Numbered from the stretch's first letter, positions 11,459 to 24,505 are shown. The stretch is DNA of 64,000 nt from Felis catus (GCF_018350175.1 NC_058368.1:4836001-4900000); one strand, 5' to 3'. Notes: generated by a model not told the origin, from the sequence alone. Numbers and translations: made by a program.

Positions 11459-12549
11459 TAAAATCTTCGTTCTGAATGAGGACTCACTCTCTTCATGTAA
11501 GAGCTTTCTTCTCAGAATCAAACAAAAACAACACTCCTCCCACCCCCACCACTGAGTGCAAAGTCTCCCTAATCTGATCTTCTATAAACCGAGGTCACAG
11601 TAGCTTGAATATTCAGTTCTCTAGGTATTATGGAACGAGAAGAATATTTACCTCTTAAACAACTGTTCTCAAAGAATGCTGCCTTCACTCCCAGAGGCAA
11701 CAGGAATCACGTCGTTGTAACCCTCGCTCTTTTTCCTCGTTGGCCTTGCCATGAAAACTAGTCCGATCGGCTTATAGAGGGAGAGAATAAAGTAACAGCA
11801 CCAACACAGCGGGCCACTGGGAGGCTGGGACTCCCTAACTTCGCAGGTGAATCCCCCACGGAGGAGAAGTTTCTTACTGACAGTCAATTTCCAAGCAGAA
11901 AAGGTGAGCAGGAGGGAAGTCATTTGAGAGTGTCTTAAGCTCAGGACTGGCTTGCTTATTTTAGACAGAGTCCACTGATGTATGACCTTTCCTATTTTTT
12001 ACTGTTCCGCACGCTGGTCAGACCCAAAGTCCCAAATCAATGACTCTGTTTTGCAAACACAGGCTTCCTTGTCCGGAATCAGCCCCAAACCACACTTACG
12101 TGTCAAAGAGAGGATGTGACTGTATTAAAAAGATGGGACTTTTGCCCTCTAACTAACAATTTGTATGATGGTGTACTCAAAAGCAATCCCCTCCTCAGCT
12201 GACCACCACTGGGATCTCTGCCCCAAGCCTGTCGGCCGCAACCGCCCCATACAGCTCGCTCCCTGTCTGGGACCCTGCCCAGAGTATTGGCAGGTGGCCT
12301 TTGCTTCCCTGCTACCCAGTTTCGACCTTGAGCGAACCTCATCCTCGGTGTTGTGCTCATGACACCAGCAGGACATTAAGCAGACAAAAGCGCAGCTAAC
12401 CTCACCCTCTTTTCTTGCCACACGGATGTCAGAATTTGCCGGGAAGCCATTCAGCGTTTCACTACGTAACATTATCACAACCCACTCACACATAGCAGCA
12501 CCCCGTGCCCAGAAGACACTCTCCTTCCGCTCTCCAGGCATCTTCCCAC

Positions 12550-13380
12550 AACCACTCATCCGCGGATTTGACGGGCAATGCCTGTGTTTAGTTGTTGAGG
12601 CCAAGGTGGGAAACAAGGGAGGCCTGGTCCTGCTCCTTGGGCACTTACGGCCTGGTGGGGAGTACCTGTTTGTACAAGGAACAGGCCCTTATAGTACAGG
12701 GGGATCATGTCAGATGAGGGACATTCAGGGACCCAGGAGAAGCCACTGACTCAGACTGAAAGAGTGTCAGGCAAGACTTGCCGGATGGGAGAAGCGTGAG
12801 TAGAAGTTTTCCAGGTGAAGGAGGTAGAGGGAATGGAACAGGGGAGAACATTCCAGAAAAGTCAATGTGCACCGAGTTTGAGGAACCCAAAGATTGCGAA
12901 GGGAAGTGGGAAGTGTGGAAAAGGGGGTGTGGCGAAGGAGGGAACTGAGAGGTAAGTGGGACAGGCCAGGGCGCTGGCCTCGGAGGCCCGCGTTAAGGTT
13001 TGAGTTTTATCCTAAGGGCAACAGGGGACCATCAAAGGGCTTTAAACAGAGATGTGCCGCTCTGATTTGCATTTCGTAAACCTAACCCTTGGCTCCAGAT
13101 CGGAGAACTACAGAACAGGGACGAGTCTGCAGGCAAAGGATCAGCCACAGGTTGCTGCAGCAACCCAGAAGAGCTCAGATGCTGAGGTCTGGACAAGGCA
13201 GCGGACACAGAGTCACAGGGTGGTGGACACATGGGAGGGATGTCGGTGATAAGCTGGCTGCATATGAAGGCGAGTGACCATCTGTCTTAGAAAATCCAGC
13301 CAGGAAATACAGGAACTTTGTGGATCAAGAGAGGAGTCCAGAGCGGGCTATGTTGAGTCAGAGGTATCCAATATGGACTG
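12550..13380 (-). mobile_element. L2 LINE fossil
   Basis: Typical antisense L2 text: gaacattccag.., tttgagttttatcctaagggcaacaggggaccatcaaagggctttaaacag..tctgatttgcattt. Confidence 0.75.
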
Positions 13381-13517
13381 AGCTACATCGGGTTCGCAAA
13401 ATGAAATTTAACAACTTGCTATCTTAGGTCGTTGTTTTTTTCAATACATACCAAGTTGTTTATACACCCACCTTTCAAAAGAGGAGTAAATCCTAAACAA
13501 CATTGAAACACATCGTA

Positions 13518-13746
13518 GGGGCACCTGGGTGGCTCGGTCGGTTAAGCATCTGACTCTCGATTTCGACTCAGGTCACGATCTCACGGTGTGTGAGTTCGAG
13601 CTCGGTATCAGGCTCTGCGCTGACAGGGCGAAGCCTGCTTGGAATCCTTTCTTCCTCTCTCTCTCTCTCTCTCTCTGCCCCTACCCCATTCATGCTCTCT
13701 CTCACTCTCTCTCTCAAAATAAATAAATAAACTTAAAAAAATTTTA
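13518..13746 (+). mobile_element. CanSINE
   Basis: Full body; TSD aaacacat(c/t)gt. Confidence 0.94.
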
Positions 13747-14019
13747 AACACATTGTGAGAAGTATTTATAATGTTCTCACAGAGATATACTTTCTTCTGA
13801 ATATGACCACTTCAATAAAGCCTCCTACAACATCAGATGGTCTCTCCCCTTAATAATATTTATTGTCACGGAGCCAGTATTTGGTCACTGGTGTTGAAAA
13901 GCAGGTTTCGCTCTTCTTAGACAAAGCTCCTGTTTCATAGCACAGCTCCAAACGTCTCCCACAAGCTACATTAAGCATGCCAAACAAAAGCAAATTTTTC
14001 AACAACAGCCAATATAAAG

Positions 14020-14690
14020 CGGAGGGAAGAAAAAAACTCAATAGCCTAATTGAGAAAGGAACAAAGGAAATGGAGATAGTCCCAGTAAAAAAATAAACAA
14101 ACACGATGGCCCTAAAGCTCGGGATTCACTCGAGACAAGAGAAATGCAAATTGCAACTATTCTGAGACGTGATTTTCCACCATAAGGTGAACAAAAATGA
14201 AGGAGTTTGGTAGTGCTCTGTGTTGGTACAGAGGTAGGGAACAGTCTCTAAAGAGTATGTAAATTGGTATAATTTCCATAGAGGGCAATTGAGTAATGGC
14301 CCCCAATTTAATAAGCCTATAACATTATTTTGGTCCATACATACAATTGTTCAACCATTAAAAGGCAATGAAATTCTGATACACACGACACGGATGAACC
14401 TCTGGCACGTTATGCCGAGTGAAATAAGCTGGACGCAAAAGAATAAATACGCAGGATTCTATTGTATGAGGTAGCTAGAAGAGTCAAAGCTAGACGAGTC
14501 CAATTCATAGAGACAAGAAATAGAACGGTGGTTACCGGGGACTTGGGGGGAATGAGCAGTTGTTCAACGAGGACAGAGTTTCAGCTGGGGACAACAAAAA
14601 AGTTCTGGAGACGGATGGTCGTGACACTTACACGCCAGTGTGAATGGACTTAATGCCACTGAACTGCACACTTTCAAACAGTAAGTTTCG
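14020..14690 (+). mobile_element. L1 (L1MB-like) 3' fragments
   Basis: aatgaaattctgataca..cggatgaacct..agtgaaataagc..aaaagttctggaga..cttaatgccactgaactg. Confidence 0.82.
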
Positions 14691-14691
14691 T

Positions 14692-15281
14692 GGGTCGCCT
14701 GGGTGGCTCAGTTGGTTGAGCGGCAGCCACCTGATGCGGCTCGTGAGATCCAGCCTCATGTCAGGGTCCTGGCTGAGAGTAGAGCGGGCTTGGGATTCTC
14801 TCTCTCTCCTTTTCTCTCTCTCTCCCTCCCCCACTCATGCTATCTCTCTCAAAATAAATGAACTTTTTTTTTTAAATTGTAAATTGCAGGGGCACCTGGG
14901 TGGCTCAGTCAGTTGAGCGACCGACTTTGGCTCAGGTCATAATCACACAGTTTGTGAGTTCGAGCCCCACATCGGGCTCTATGCTGACAGCTCAGAGCCT
15001 GGAGCCTGCTTCAGATTCTGTGTCTCCCTCTCTCTCTGCCCCTCCCCCACTCAAGCTCTGTCTCTCTCTCAAAAATAAATAAACATTAAAAAAAAATTTT
15101 TTTTAAGTAAATTTCGGGGCACCTGGGTGTCTCAGTTGGTTAAGCTTCAGACTCTTGATTTCAGCTCAGGTCATGATCTCACAGTTTGTGAGATAGAGCC
15201 CCACGTCGAGGTCTGCACTGAGTGTGGAGCCTGCTTAAGATTCTCTCTCTCCCCCTCTGCCCCTCTCCCCCACTCTCTCTC

Positions 15282-15300
<19 letters not shown>
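14692..15300 (+). mobile_element. Three tandem CanSINEs (~14692-14875, ~14889-15105, 15116-15300)
   Basis: Three SINE heads and tails in direct orientation. Confidence 0.93.

Positions 15301-15356
<56 letters not shown>
15283..15356. repeat. A18-(TA)21-(CA)7 compound microsatellite
   Basis: Counted directly; derived from a SINE tail. Confidence 0.95.
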
Positions 15357-15357
<1 letters not shown>

Positions 15358-16105
15358 TTTTTACAAGAAAGTCTTATCACTGGTCAACATTCTTTGAAAA
15401 TTCTTTCATTTTTCTTACATTTAACAGAAAGAGTGTTTAGTCAGTTTCTAAAGGAATTTTCCCTTCTTTTTCTTTTCTCTCTCTCTTTAAAAAAAAAAAA
15501 CAAAAAACAGGTTCTCCCTGCTAGGGGCATTTTAATTTTTAGTATTACCCTCAATACCTTAGTGTATGGCTTAGAGTGTGGCTTTGAAGACTGGCCAATT
15601 TGAAATTAAATTTTTTACATCTGTTATTTATTGTGGGGGGGGGAAGCTATTTATACTTTGGATCATCAAAATACCAAGCCTTTCAAATCCAGGGCGTTTC
15701 CCTCCTAATTGGTCAACATTTAATTGCATAACCAAATTCTTACTGGCCAAATCATGTCCTTTGGGGGGGGGGGGTAAGTGCCCAAGTTGGTTAAAGGCAA
15801 ACATTGTTGGGCAAATGATTTGTTTGAGCAGATTGCCAGAGCTGACGGTGATTAACATAGTTAACTTTGAAAATGTGTATGCTTTTATCCAGAGAATATA
15901 TTCCCACAATCAGAGGAATTGTTGATTTTCACATTATTCCAACTTTCTTTCCTCCCACTAAAAATGTGGGTACCTTATAAGTCGTGTGGCTCCTAGCTTC
16001 CAAATCACATATTTAAGAGCTAGACAGGAAAAAACACTTTCTTTTTTTTTCCCCCTGAGGTTCGATTAGTTCATTTAAAATATAAATCTAAAATACCAAC
16101 ATGTA

Positions 16106-16328
16106 GGGGCGCCTGGGTGGCTCAATCGGTTGAGCGCCCGACTTCGGCTCAGGTCATGATCTCACCATCTGTGAGTTCGAGCCCCACGTCGGGCTCTGTG
16201 CTGACAGCTCAGAGCCTGGAGCCTGCTTCCGATTCTGTATTCTCCCTCTCTCTCTCTGCCCTTCCCCTGCTCATGCTCTGTCTCTCTCTGTCTCGAAAAT
16301 AAAAACATTAAATAAATTAATTATTAAA
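16106..16328 (+). mobile_element. CanSINE
   Basis: Flanking repeat taaaataccaaca (16089-16101, 16329-16341). Confidence 0.95.
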
Positions 16329-19068
16329 TAAAATACCAACACTTAAAACTTTTCAAATTTCATGTTATGTTTTCTATTTTACACTACTCATAAATGTGTA
16401 AATACTTACACGTATTTACACAAGTACAGGTTCTACCCTCAATGATCGTTGCACTTCACTTTGTATGGCTGCAGTTCACTGCACGGGGAGATCCTTCTAT
16501 GTTCTCAATCAAAGGAAATTAATTACAAGAATCTGGGTTGAGGATGCATCCTGAGATGTCCTACTGGAGACGTACTCTAATGACAACCAAAATAGCCCAC
16601 GACCTTGACATTTGTATAGCAAGCACTATGACTGCTGTTTGCCCTCAGGGCTTCTCAAAGCTGAGGTCTCCAGCCAAGACAGAAGCCAGGGGCATCTGAA
16701 GACAATTACATATTTACAAAGCCATGAACTGAAAGAATCCCTTAAGAAAAGCTGCTAACCTCTAAAGTTTTTGCTGTAAAGACTTTCCCAACGTTGTGTT
16801 TGAAAACAGATTGGTAACATTATCATCGACCAGTAGAGTCCCATAGGGTCACTGGAAAACTCATATATAGAAGGCAAACGGACTGATCATTGGCAAGCAT
16901 GTGGTATTCTTCGAGAAGGCACATTCCATCTGAGGCTGTCTTTTAGAAAGAGCAGAAGAATTCCAGAACAGTAAGGAGCCTTAGATATTATCTAATCAAG
17001 TCCCTCCTCCCGCAGGTAACAAATGGTAACCTCTGGAAATCTGGCTCGCTGAACGTTCTTTAACTGGTATTAGACACAAGACTTACATGCACATCTCCCA
17101 ACCCTCCAGTAATGCTCTTTGCCCTAACACCTTGGCCGTCCAAGTAAAATTCTCGTCGCACCAATCTTTATGCCACAAACACTTTGTGCAATAACAATAC
17201 ATTTCACTTGTTTGGAATTTGGCACACAGTTTCCTTAGCAATAGATACACAATGAAGACATCCCCGAGCCAGCCCCAAATACCGAATGTATGCACACGAA
17301 GCAGTGGGATGCGTGAAAACCAAACAAAACCACCTGCAAATCTAACACCCTAGAACTGAAATTACTGTGCCACCTTGAAATGCGAGGAGCAGTGATGGCA
17401 TCTACTCTCCCTGCTGGGGACTCCTCCAATTCCAAATTCCTGCCCATCATCAGGAAGGGAGGAGCTGGCTTCCGGTGGGTGAGGAGTGCGGAGCCTGGGG
17501 CTTCTGGAGGATAACCCCAGGGGGCACTTCCGGATCTGGAGCTGGCTTCCCAGTCGCCATGTTTATTTTCTTCCCAGTCTTCAGATGACGGCCAGTTGCT
17601 GCTGCCCCACATTCTGTCTCGGGTTCTGGACCAGTGTTTTTCTCCTCTCTGCCCTGCTGTTGCTTTCAACACAGTCTCATAGTCATATGTTGCCTACATA
17701 TCCTTCTGTCCTTAAAATGCATACTCAGGCAGTCTTTTTATGGCTTCCCAAGGGTTTAGGACTCCTAGCAATGAGGAAAGAGATCGGAAATGGTTCTCTT
17801 TTCTGCTCCTTCAACCCAGCCCCTTCTTTCACTTCCTTCAAATGGCGAAGAGTTTCCTCCAGGAGTATGAAGGCTTAAAATCCTACGACCAGATTCACCC
17901 TGGTTTAAACACATTCAAAAATAGGATTTCTTGAGCATCCTTACTGGATTGAAGCAAGACTCCGAAAAGCAGGAAAGGGCCTGGACTCAGAGGGTGGGGG
18001 AGGCGAGAACTTGAAGGAGATAGGCATCTGCAAAGCCGCGAAGAGGAAGAAAGATCTAGTTCTCCGGCCACTGAGCCCCACCTGAAGCAGTCGCTCCCGG
18101 GGCTGCTGTATGTCCAGGAGAGCCCCAGGCACAGTCTTCAATCGTGCTTTCGCATTTTCACGTCTGTGGACCCAGAACTCGGGTGTCGGCTACTTGAGGA
18201 GAAAGATGACCTATCTTCTCATGCCCTCTCAGCACTGAGGACACAAGTGATTGATGCATATTTGTTGACTGCCTGGGAACTTCCAAGTCACTTCAAGGTC
18301 ATAATTTTCTTCAGTAACGCAGGGGAATGAAACGTACTTCCCTGTACCAACATCCGGGGAAGTCGTGAGCAGCCATGGACAGTAGTGTTTCCTCACTCTT
18401 TACACATGCGTGTTTGGCTCTTTTGTCCTCACTCGAGGCAGCGCCTCGGGGGCAACCTTTTCACGAAAAGGTGTTCCAAAAGCAGCTGTGGAGCAGGCCA
18501 AGTCACCTCCCGGACCTGTGTCGGCTGACTGGCACAACTGACCAGTTAGACCAATGTCTGGCTCGAGTCAGAGGAGAGAGAGGTTTTGCCCTTCAAAGCT
18601 GACTTTTCAAATTCCAGGTACTGGCATCGATCCCTTCACTAATTAAGTATGCACTGCTCTGGGAAACAGGCACTCTTTTGGGGGCTGGGTAACAATCGCT
18701 ACTCCACACAAGAACCTGTTTCTGAAACCGCCCATCAAGGAAAGCTACTGGATCACACCCAAAGAGTATGTTTCGAAAACTTCTGGTATTTCTTGCAAAA
18801 ACTCCATTGAGTGTATTGGATGCGTATTCTTCAGTAGGGATATTTCAGAAGACGGTCCAGGGTCTCCTACTTAGACATGACTAGGATGGTCCCCAAAGGG
18901 GAACAACTCAGGGAGATGCCATGAAGGCACAAATACCAGCCCCACGATTCTAGATGGTGAGGGGTAGCTCTTGTGGGACCAACAGAAACAGATTCCTAAA
19001 ACAGTGGACAGAGCCTCAGTTCAACTTACAAAAAAGGGCCAAGAAGTGACCCTATTAAAATTCTTTTA

Positions 19069-19281
19069 GGGGCGCCTGGGTGGCTCAGTCGGTTAAGCGT
19101 CCAACTCCAGCTCAGGTCATGCTCTCATGGTTCGTGGTTCATGGGTTTGAGCCCCGCGGCGGGCTCTGTGCTGACAGCTCAGAGCCTGGAGCCTGCTTCA
19201 GAGTCTGTGTCTCCCTCTCTCTCCGCCCCTTGTGCTCTCTCTTTCTCTCTCTCTCAAAAATAAATAAACATTAAAAAAAAA
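19069..19281 (+). mobile_element. CanSINE
   Basis: TSD aaaa(t/c)tcttttag. Confidence 0.95.
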
Positions 19282-20199
19282 CTCTTTTAGCAACTCACAA
19301 AATAGTACATGAAGAAAAGTAGACAGGTATGTTTCACTTTTCCTGAAGGCAGAACATGAAGTAATGAAGGAAGTCAAGGAAACACAAGTACTTTGAGATT
19401 CTGATGATTGGTGAGATACAGAAACTCTTACAGAGGCAGAAGCCTCTGGAATTTTCTTTGGCCAGCCTGAAACACAGCACTGGCTCCCACCTTTGCAAAG
19501 CAGTTTCTGTGCTTTGGGCAAGGCACTGGCCGCAAGCCTTGCAGGCTTCCCACTCCTCCCTGCTATTCTATGACCACAGCGTTTTAATAATTTGAGTCTT
19601 TGCAACACATTCCAATTATAACCTTGTTAGCCGCTCAGTGCCTCAGGGAAAACTTTCCAATTCTTCTGGCTACCTTCCAGAGTCTGAAGTACAATGCTGA
19701 ACATATCTTGCTGGAAATAAGCGTGGAAAATGCCATTGGGAGAGAAGGTCGACCTAGCTTATCTCCATAGCTGTGAGGGTTGTGAAATCTATACTTCGCG
19801 GTCCTTTCAGTATGGTGAGTCCATTCTTATGGGATTCAGCATGCCGTAAAGGCAGTGCATAGGACTCAAATCACACGCGCTCCACAGCTCAAAAAAGGCA
19901 GAGAGATCAGACCTAGCTGGCAACAGGATCATCATCAGTTTCGTCTGCCCTTGTCAAAACCTGACAAGGCTTGAGGCTGGCCCTCCAGAGGTGAGAGTGA
20001 AAATCAGGTAAGAAGCAAGCTAAATATAGAAGAATTCACTTCTGAGTCTCTCGTTGTTACTTTATACATCCAGTGGAGTATGCTGATGTAGAAATATTTG
20101 CCGCAACTTGCTCCAACATTTATTTGTGCCAGGAGAGAATACTGCCAGGAATAGAGTACCTGAAAGAGGTCTTGTCTTCAGAGTTGTAGACCAAGTTCG

Positions 20200-20584
20200 C
20201 TCTTCAGAACTAATAGGTTGAAGTTCTAGCCCTCCAGGGCCTCAGAATGTGACTGTACATGGAGACACAGTCTTCAAAAGGCAGTTCAAGGTAAGAGGCA
20301 GTTAAGGTAAAATGAGGTCATATGGGTGGGCCCTCGTCCAAAATGACAGGTGTCAGAAGAAGAGATTAGGACACAGACATGCACACACACAGAGGAAGAC
20401 CGTGTGAGGATACAGCAAAAAGACGGTCACATGTAAGCTAAGAAGACTGGTACCAGAAAAAAACAACCCCGTGGACACCACCGACCTTGGACTTACAGCC
20501 TCCACAGCTGCGAGACAATAAACATCTGTTGTTTCAATCAGCCAGTCTGTGGTCCTTTGTGATAACAAGCCTGGCTAATAACAC
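20200..20584 (+). mobile_element. MaLR LTR (MLT1A-like)
   Basis: cctcagaatgtgactgta..ggaga..ttaaggtaaaatgaggtcata..gggtgggccct..cagcctcca..gagacaataaa..ccagtctgtggt. Confidence 0.85.
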
Positions 20585-20717
20585 GTGGCTCTCCTAACCA
20601 CCAATTCTGCACACCGGTTCCTTCTTTCATTGACTTCATTTCACTTTCTTTTGGTCCACTGAGCCCCTCTCCGTGTCTCCTTTTCTTCTGCCCTGCCTCT
20701 GTCTGTATTTGTCTTTT

Positions 20718-20928
20718 TTTTTTTTTGAAATTCATTTATATATTTTGAGAGAGAGAGAGAGCATGAGCAGGGGAGGGGCAGAGAGGGGGGGAGAGAGAGA
20801 GAATCACAAGCAGGCTCCGCACCATCAACAGAGTCCGATGTGGGGCTCGAACCCGTGAACCACGAGATCATGACCTGAGCTGAAACCAAGCGTAGGACGC
20901 TTAACCGACGGAGCCCCCCAGGTGCCCC
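20718..20928 (-). mobile_element. CanSINE
   Basis: TSD tgtatttgtctttt (20704-20717, 20929-20942). Confidence 0.95.
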
Positions 20929-21818
20929 TGTATTTGTCTTTTAAAGGAGGGTCTCTCCCCTTCTTCCCAGACAGACGTGGAGCTTTGGAAGGCGAGAGGG
21001 AGAGAAGGCATCTTGTACTCTGAGAGGCTCAGGCCCCGAGGGCTCAGAGGTGCATCTGGTGGGCGAGGGTGTAGTGCAAAATCAGCCTCTCTGGCTGACT
21101 CTGACCAAGTCTCAACTTCTCTGAGTTTCTACGTTTCCATATATTAAAAAAATTAGTGATGGGAATTACTGCATGGTGGCTGTGAATTTCAGTTAAGATA
21201 AAACATTGGAAAATATATACCAATCACTGTAGCTCAGTTTTTCTATTTGTAGAATACGTACTACCTAGAAGTTAGTATCATATAATATGGTATCATTTTA
21301 AAAAATCAACAAATATTTAGAACTTCTGTGACTCTAAATATTATATATTTTAAAGGATTACTTCTACTCTATATTTCATCGGCCTAATAAAGTTTACTTT
21401 GGTTCCCTTGCTACTTAATACTGAGAAAGCATGTTGTACTTGGTATTAAAAGATGAGTTCTAAGGACAGAAAAGACCTGGTTCTTGCCTTCACGGATCCT
21501 GTAAACCTATTTAGAAAAGTAATTTGTACAGTAAAAAACACTTATAAAATCAGTTCACAGTGGTTCTCGGGGCTCTGATCAGGTCAAATCAAGTACATAC
21601 CTGAACTTTCTCAGACAACATCCCAGAGAGCCTTTGCCACCTATCGCCTACTAAACGGCCTGCCAGCAGAAGTTAACAAATCTGATGTAAAAGATTTCAA
21701 ATTAAGAAAGGTAATAAAAACCTGAATGCTAAGTAGTGCATTTTGTTTGAAAAAAATTTAATTCCATACTCATTTGTAAAGTAGAACACCTTAATACACA
21801 AGTATCTCTAATATTCTT

Positions 21819-22010
21819 TTTTTTTTTTCCTAAGTTTATTTACTCTGAGACAGAGAGAGAGAGTGAGAGAGAGCCAGGGAGAGGCAGAGAGAAAGGGAGA
21901 CAGAATCCCAAGCAGGCTCGGCACGAGGCTCGAACCCACGAACCATGAGATCATGACCCGGGCCAAACCAAGAGTCAGACACTTAACCAACGGAGCCACC
22001 CAGGTGCCCC
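21819..22010 (-). mobile_element. CanSINE
   Basis: Perfect 19-bp TSD aagtatctctaatattctt (21800-21818, 22011-22029). Confidence 0.95.
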
Positions 22011-22181
22011 AAGTATCTCTAATATTCTTAAAACTAGATTCAAATAATCAAATTCTTAGGTTTTCATTAGCTCCTCAGGAACCCCTGGAAAAAGATGATT
22101 GACATTAGCAACACTCCAGTGGGAAAAATGTATATTCTTCAGAAATGTAACTGTTATTTAACTTTAGGAATATCTGACTGT

Positions 22182-22590
22182 GGGAGCGCCGGGGTGGCTA
22201 AGTCGGTTAAGCGTCGGACTCCTGATTCCAGCCGAGGCCATGATACCAGGGTCGTGCCCCGCATGGGGCTCCACACTCACTATGGAGATTCTCTCTCTCT
22301 CCCTCTGCCCTTCTCTCCAGCTCATGCTTTCTCAAAAAAAAAAAAAAAAAAAAAAACAACAACAACAAGGGGCGCCTGGGTGGCGCAGTCGGTTAAGCGT
22401 CCTACTTCAGCCAGGTCACGATCTCGCGGTCCTTGAGTTCGAGCCCCGCGTCAGGCTCTGGGCTGATGGCTCAGAGCCTGGAGCCTGTTTCCGATTCTGT
22501 GTCTCCCTCTCTCTCTGCTCCTCCCCTGTTCATGCTCTGTCTCTCTCTGTCCCAAAAATAAATAAAAAATGTTGAAAAAAAAATTTAAAT
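22182..22590 (+). mobile_element. Two CanSINEs (older 22182-22356; young 22369-22590)
   Basis: Second copy has young-subfamily diagnostics and follows the A/(CAA)n tail of the first. Confidence 0.94.
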
Positions 22591-23761
22591 TGGGGACAGA
22601 GAAAGAAATAAACCAGCGTGTGAAACACAGCTTAAGAACTGTTAACGGGTCAGTGTCTTCGGCAAACAATTAAAATCTGAGAAACACACTAAAAACACCA
22701 AAAGTTACCCTTAGCTATGATAGGATAAATGGGCAAAGGGGTGAGGGAGTAAAAAATATTACTGTAACTGCCAATCACGACTCTAGAAAAGATCATTCAA
22801 ATTCCTTTCCAATATTTTTTTTTCTGTATGTATGGCTACAACAAATAATCTTTGAGATAATGAGCCAAAATTCTCTGGCACATTTATATGTAAGAAAATA
22901 CCCAGTGAACTATTCTCTCCCCTGCTTTGTGAAATTCGTCTTTGTAAAACATTTTAAGACACAACTGTCTGAATATCTCACACTGTGCCTGCTATCTACT
23001 GCATATGCTTTCACTTTGCAAAGATTTTTGGTTAATATGTTGGAAGGGTGAAGGTCAATTCATTTTCACGGGTCCAAACCAGGTTCTGTATTTTTTTTTT
23101 TAATGATGATAATGAAGGAATATTGAACAGCAGACGCTATTCGGAAAACGAGGAAAGAGAATACTTTTTATGGCTACTGATTTGTTAAGGTGTATCTTGT
23201 AACTTTTTCACGTCTACCATCAGTCCACAATCCAGTATTTTCGAAAGCGGAGTATTATGGCATGAAGCAGGTGATAGGGCCTAGAGGCCTGATTCCCTTG
23301 CCCACGGGCGAGTGGTGGCCAATAGATACACTCGCCTTGAGGACCCGGTGAGACAAGCGTTGGCTCCTCTCGGAGAGATGCTCGCGAACATTCTGCGTCC
23401 CCCCCCCCCCCCCAGCGCCCCTCCGTCGCCCGGCAACTCAGGCACGCCGCGGCTCGGCCCCGCCCCCGCTGCCAAGGCAACGCGGCCGCGCCGGCGCGCG
23501 GGCTTTGTGCCCCGGGCGCCCCGGCGCAGCAACGCGCGCTTGCCCCCTGCACCTGCTTGCTGGGTCGCGGCAACTTTTCAAACCTTAACCTCTTCAACCG
23601 CTCTGCCGGGTCCCTCACCCGGAGCCGCCGACCCCCGCCCTCTCTCACCTTTGTTTCCGAAAAACTGTTCCACGGGCACAGGATTCCAGCCACCTGCTGC
23701 GTGGCGGTGCCTCCTCCAAACGTGAGGGAGAGGTGACAACCGGCAAGGAAACCCCACTTAC

Positions 23762-24130
23762 CTTCCTCAGCATTCCTCCGCGTCGGCAGGGGGGGTGGGT
23801 GTCCCTGGAGGGATCCGACCGAGCCGCGCCGAGCTCAAAGTGTGACGGGAGTGTCGGAGACGCGGCAGGCGAACTTGGTCCCGGGCGAGCGCCGCCCCCC
23901 GGGCCCCCGCGCGCTCCTCATTTGCACCACAAAGGGCGGGGACCTTCTGGCCCCGCGGTCCGGAGACGGCTAATCCCGCCGGCGGTTGCCCTCCCGGCCG
24001 GGGTTCAGACGGGCTCCGAGGGGCTGCTCAGATGCCCCAGCGCCCCGGCGAGGACCAAGTCCCCCAGTCCCCTCCCCGGGCGGCGGGTCGGACTCCCCAG
24101 GCCGGCGGCCGTGCTATTGTGCGCGGGGCC
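23762..24130 (-). other. Candidate first exon (3' end exact, 5' end/TSS uncertain); ends in ATG CTG AGG AAG (M-L-R-K)
   Basis: Donor AAG|GTAAGTG at 23762/23761 is a perfect consensus; ATG at 23773-23771 with G at -3; TSS cannot be placed from sequence alone. Confidence 0.65.
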
Positions 24131-24224
24131 CCGGAGGCCGGGCGCGGGGCGGGGGCGGCCCAGGTTGAATTTCCCAAGAGCCGGGCTCTCCTCGCGCGCG
24201 CGCCCTCCCCACCGCCCCTCGCTG

Positions 24225-24239
24225 TTGCATATTCATGAG
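24225..24239 (-). promoter_or_regulatory. POU heptamer-octamer / MORE-like site CTCATGAATATGCAA
   Basis: AT-rich 15-mer in GC-rich promoter DNA, matching the first 15 nt of the IgH V-promoter element CTCATGAATATGCAAAT. Confidence 0.55.
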
Positions 24240-24505
24240 AGGGCGGGGTCGCCCTCCTCCTCGGGCTCCTCCGGGCTGAAGGCGGCGGGAAGAGTTGATG
24301 CGAAAGGAAACGCCGAGAGGAGAAGAGCGTGGGGAAAAAGTGGCAACGTAAACAAACGGAGGATTCCTGTTTCACCAGTCGCCTGCGTTATACACACACA
24401 CTCACACACACACACCATTTCCCAAAGCCTGAGCTGAGCAAAGAAAATTTCAAGAAGGTCCTGTCTAAAAGTCTTGGTCCTAATGATAGTATTAGAACAA
24501 TTGGG

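Larger units (their letters stand above)
23290..24350. promoter_or_regulatory. CpG island promoter of a minus-strand gene
   Basis: About 1 kb of very GC- and CpG-rich, repeat-free DNA with several GC boxes (gggcgggg at 23934-23941, ~24147-24158, 24241-24248) and a minus-strand consensus splice donor inside it. Confidence 0.9.

Noticed and set aside
11652..11770. Possible minus-strand exon with short ATG ORF MARPTRKKSEG..
   Set aside because: Stops in all frames and only moderate splice signals
17087..17233. Possible 147-nt minus-strand exon (donor CAT|gtaagt)
   Set aside because: Weak acceptor, open frame is out of phase with MLRK, and the peptide is not protein-like; cannot be excluded as a minor UTR exon
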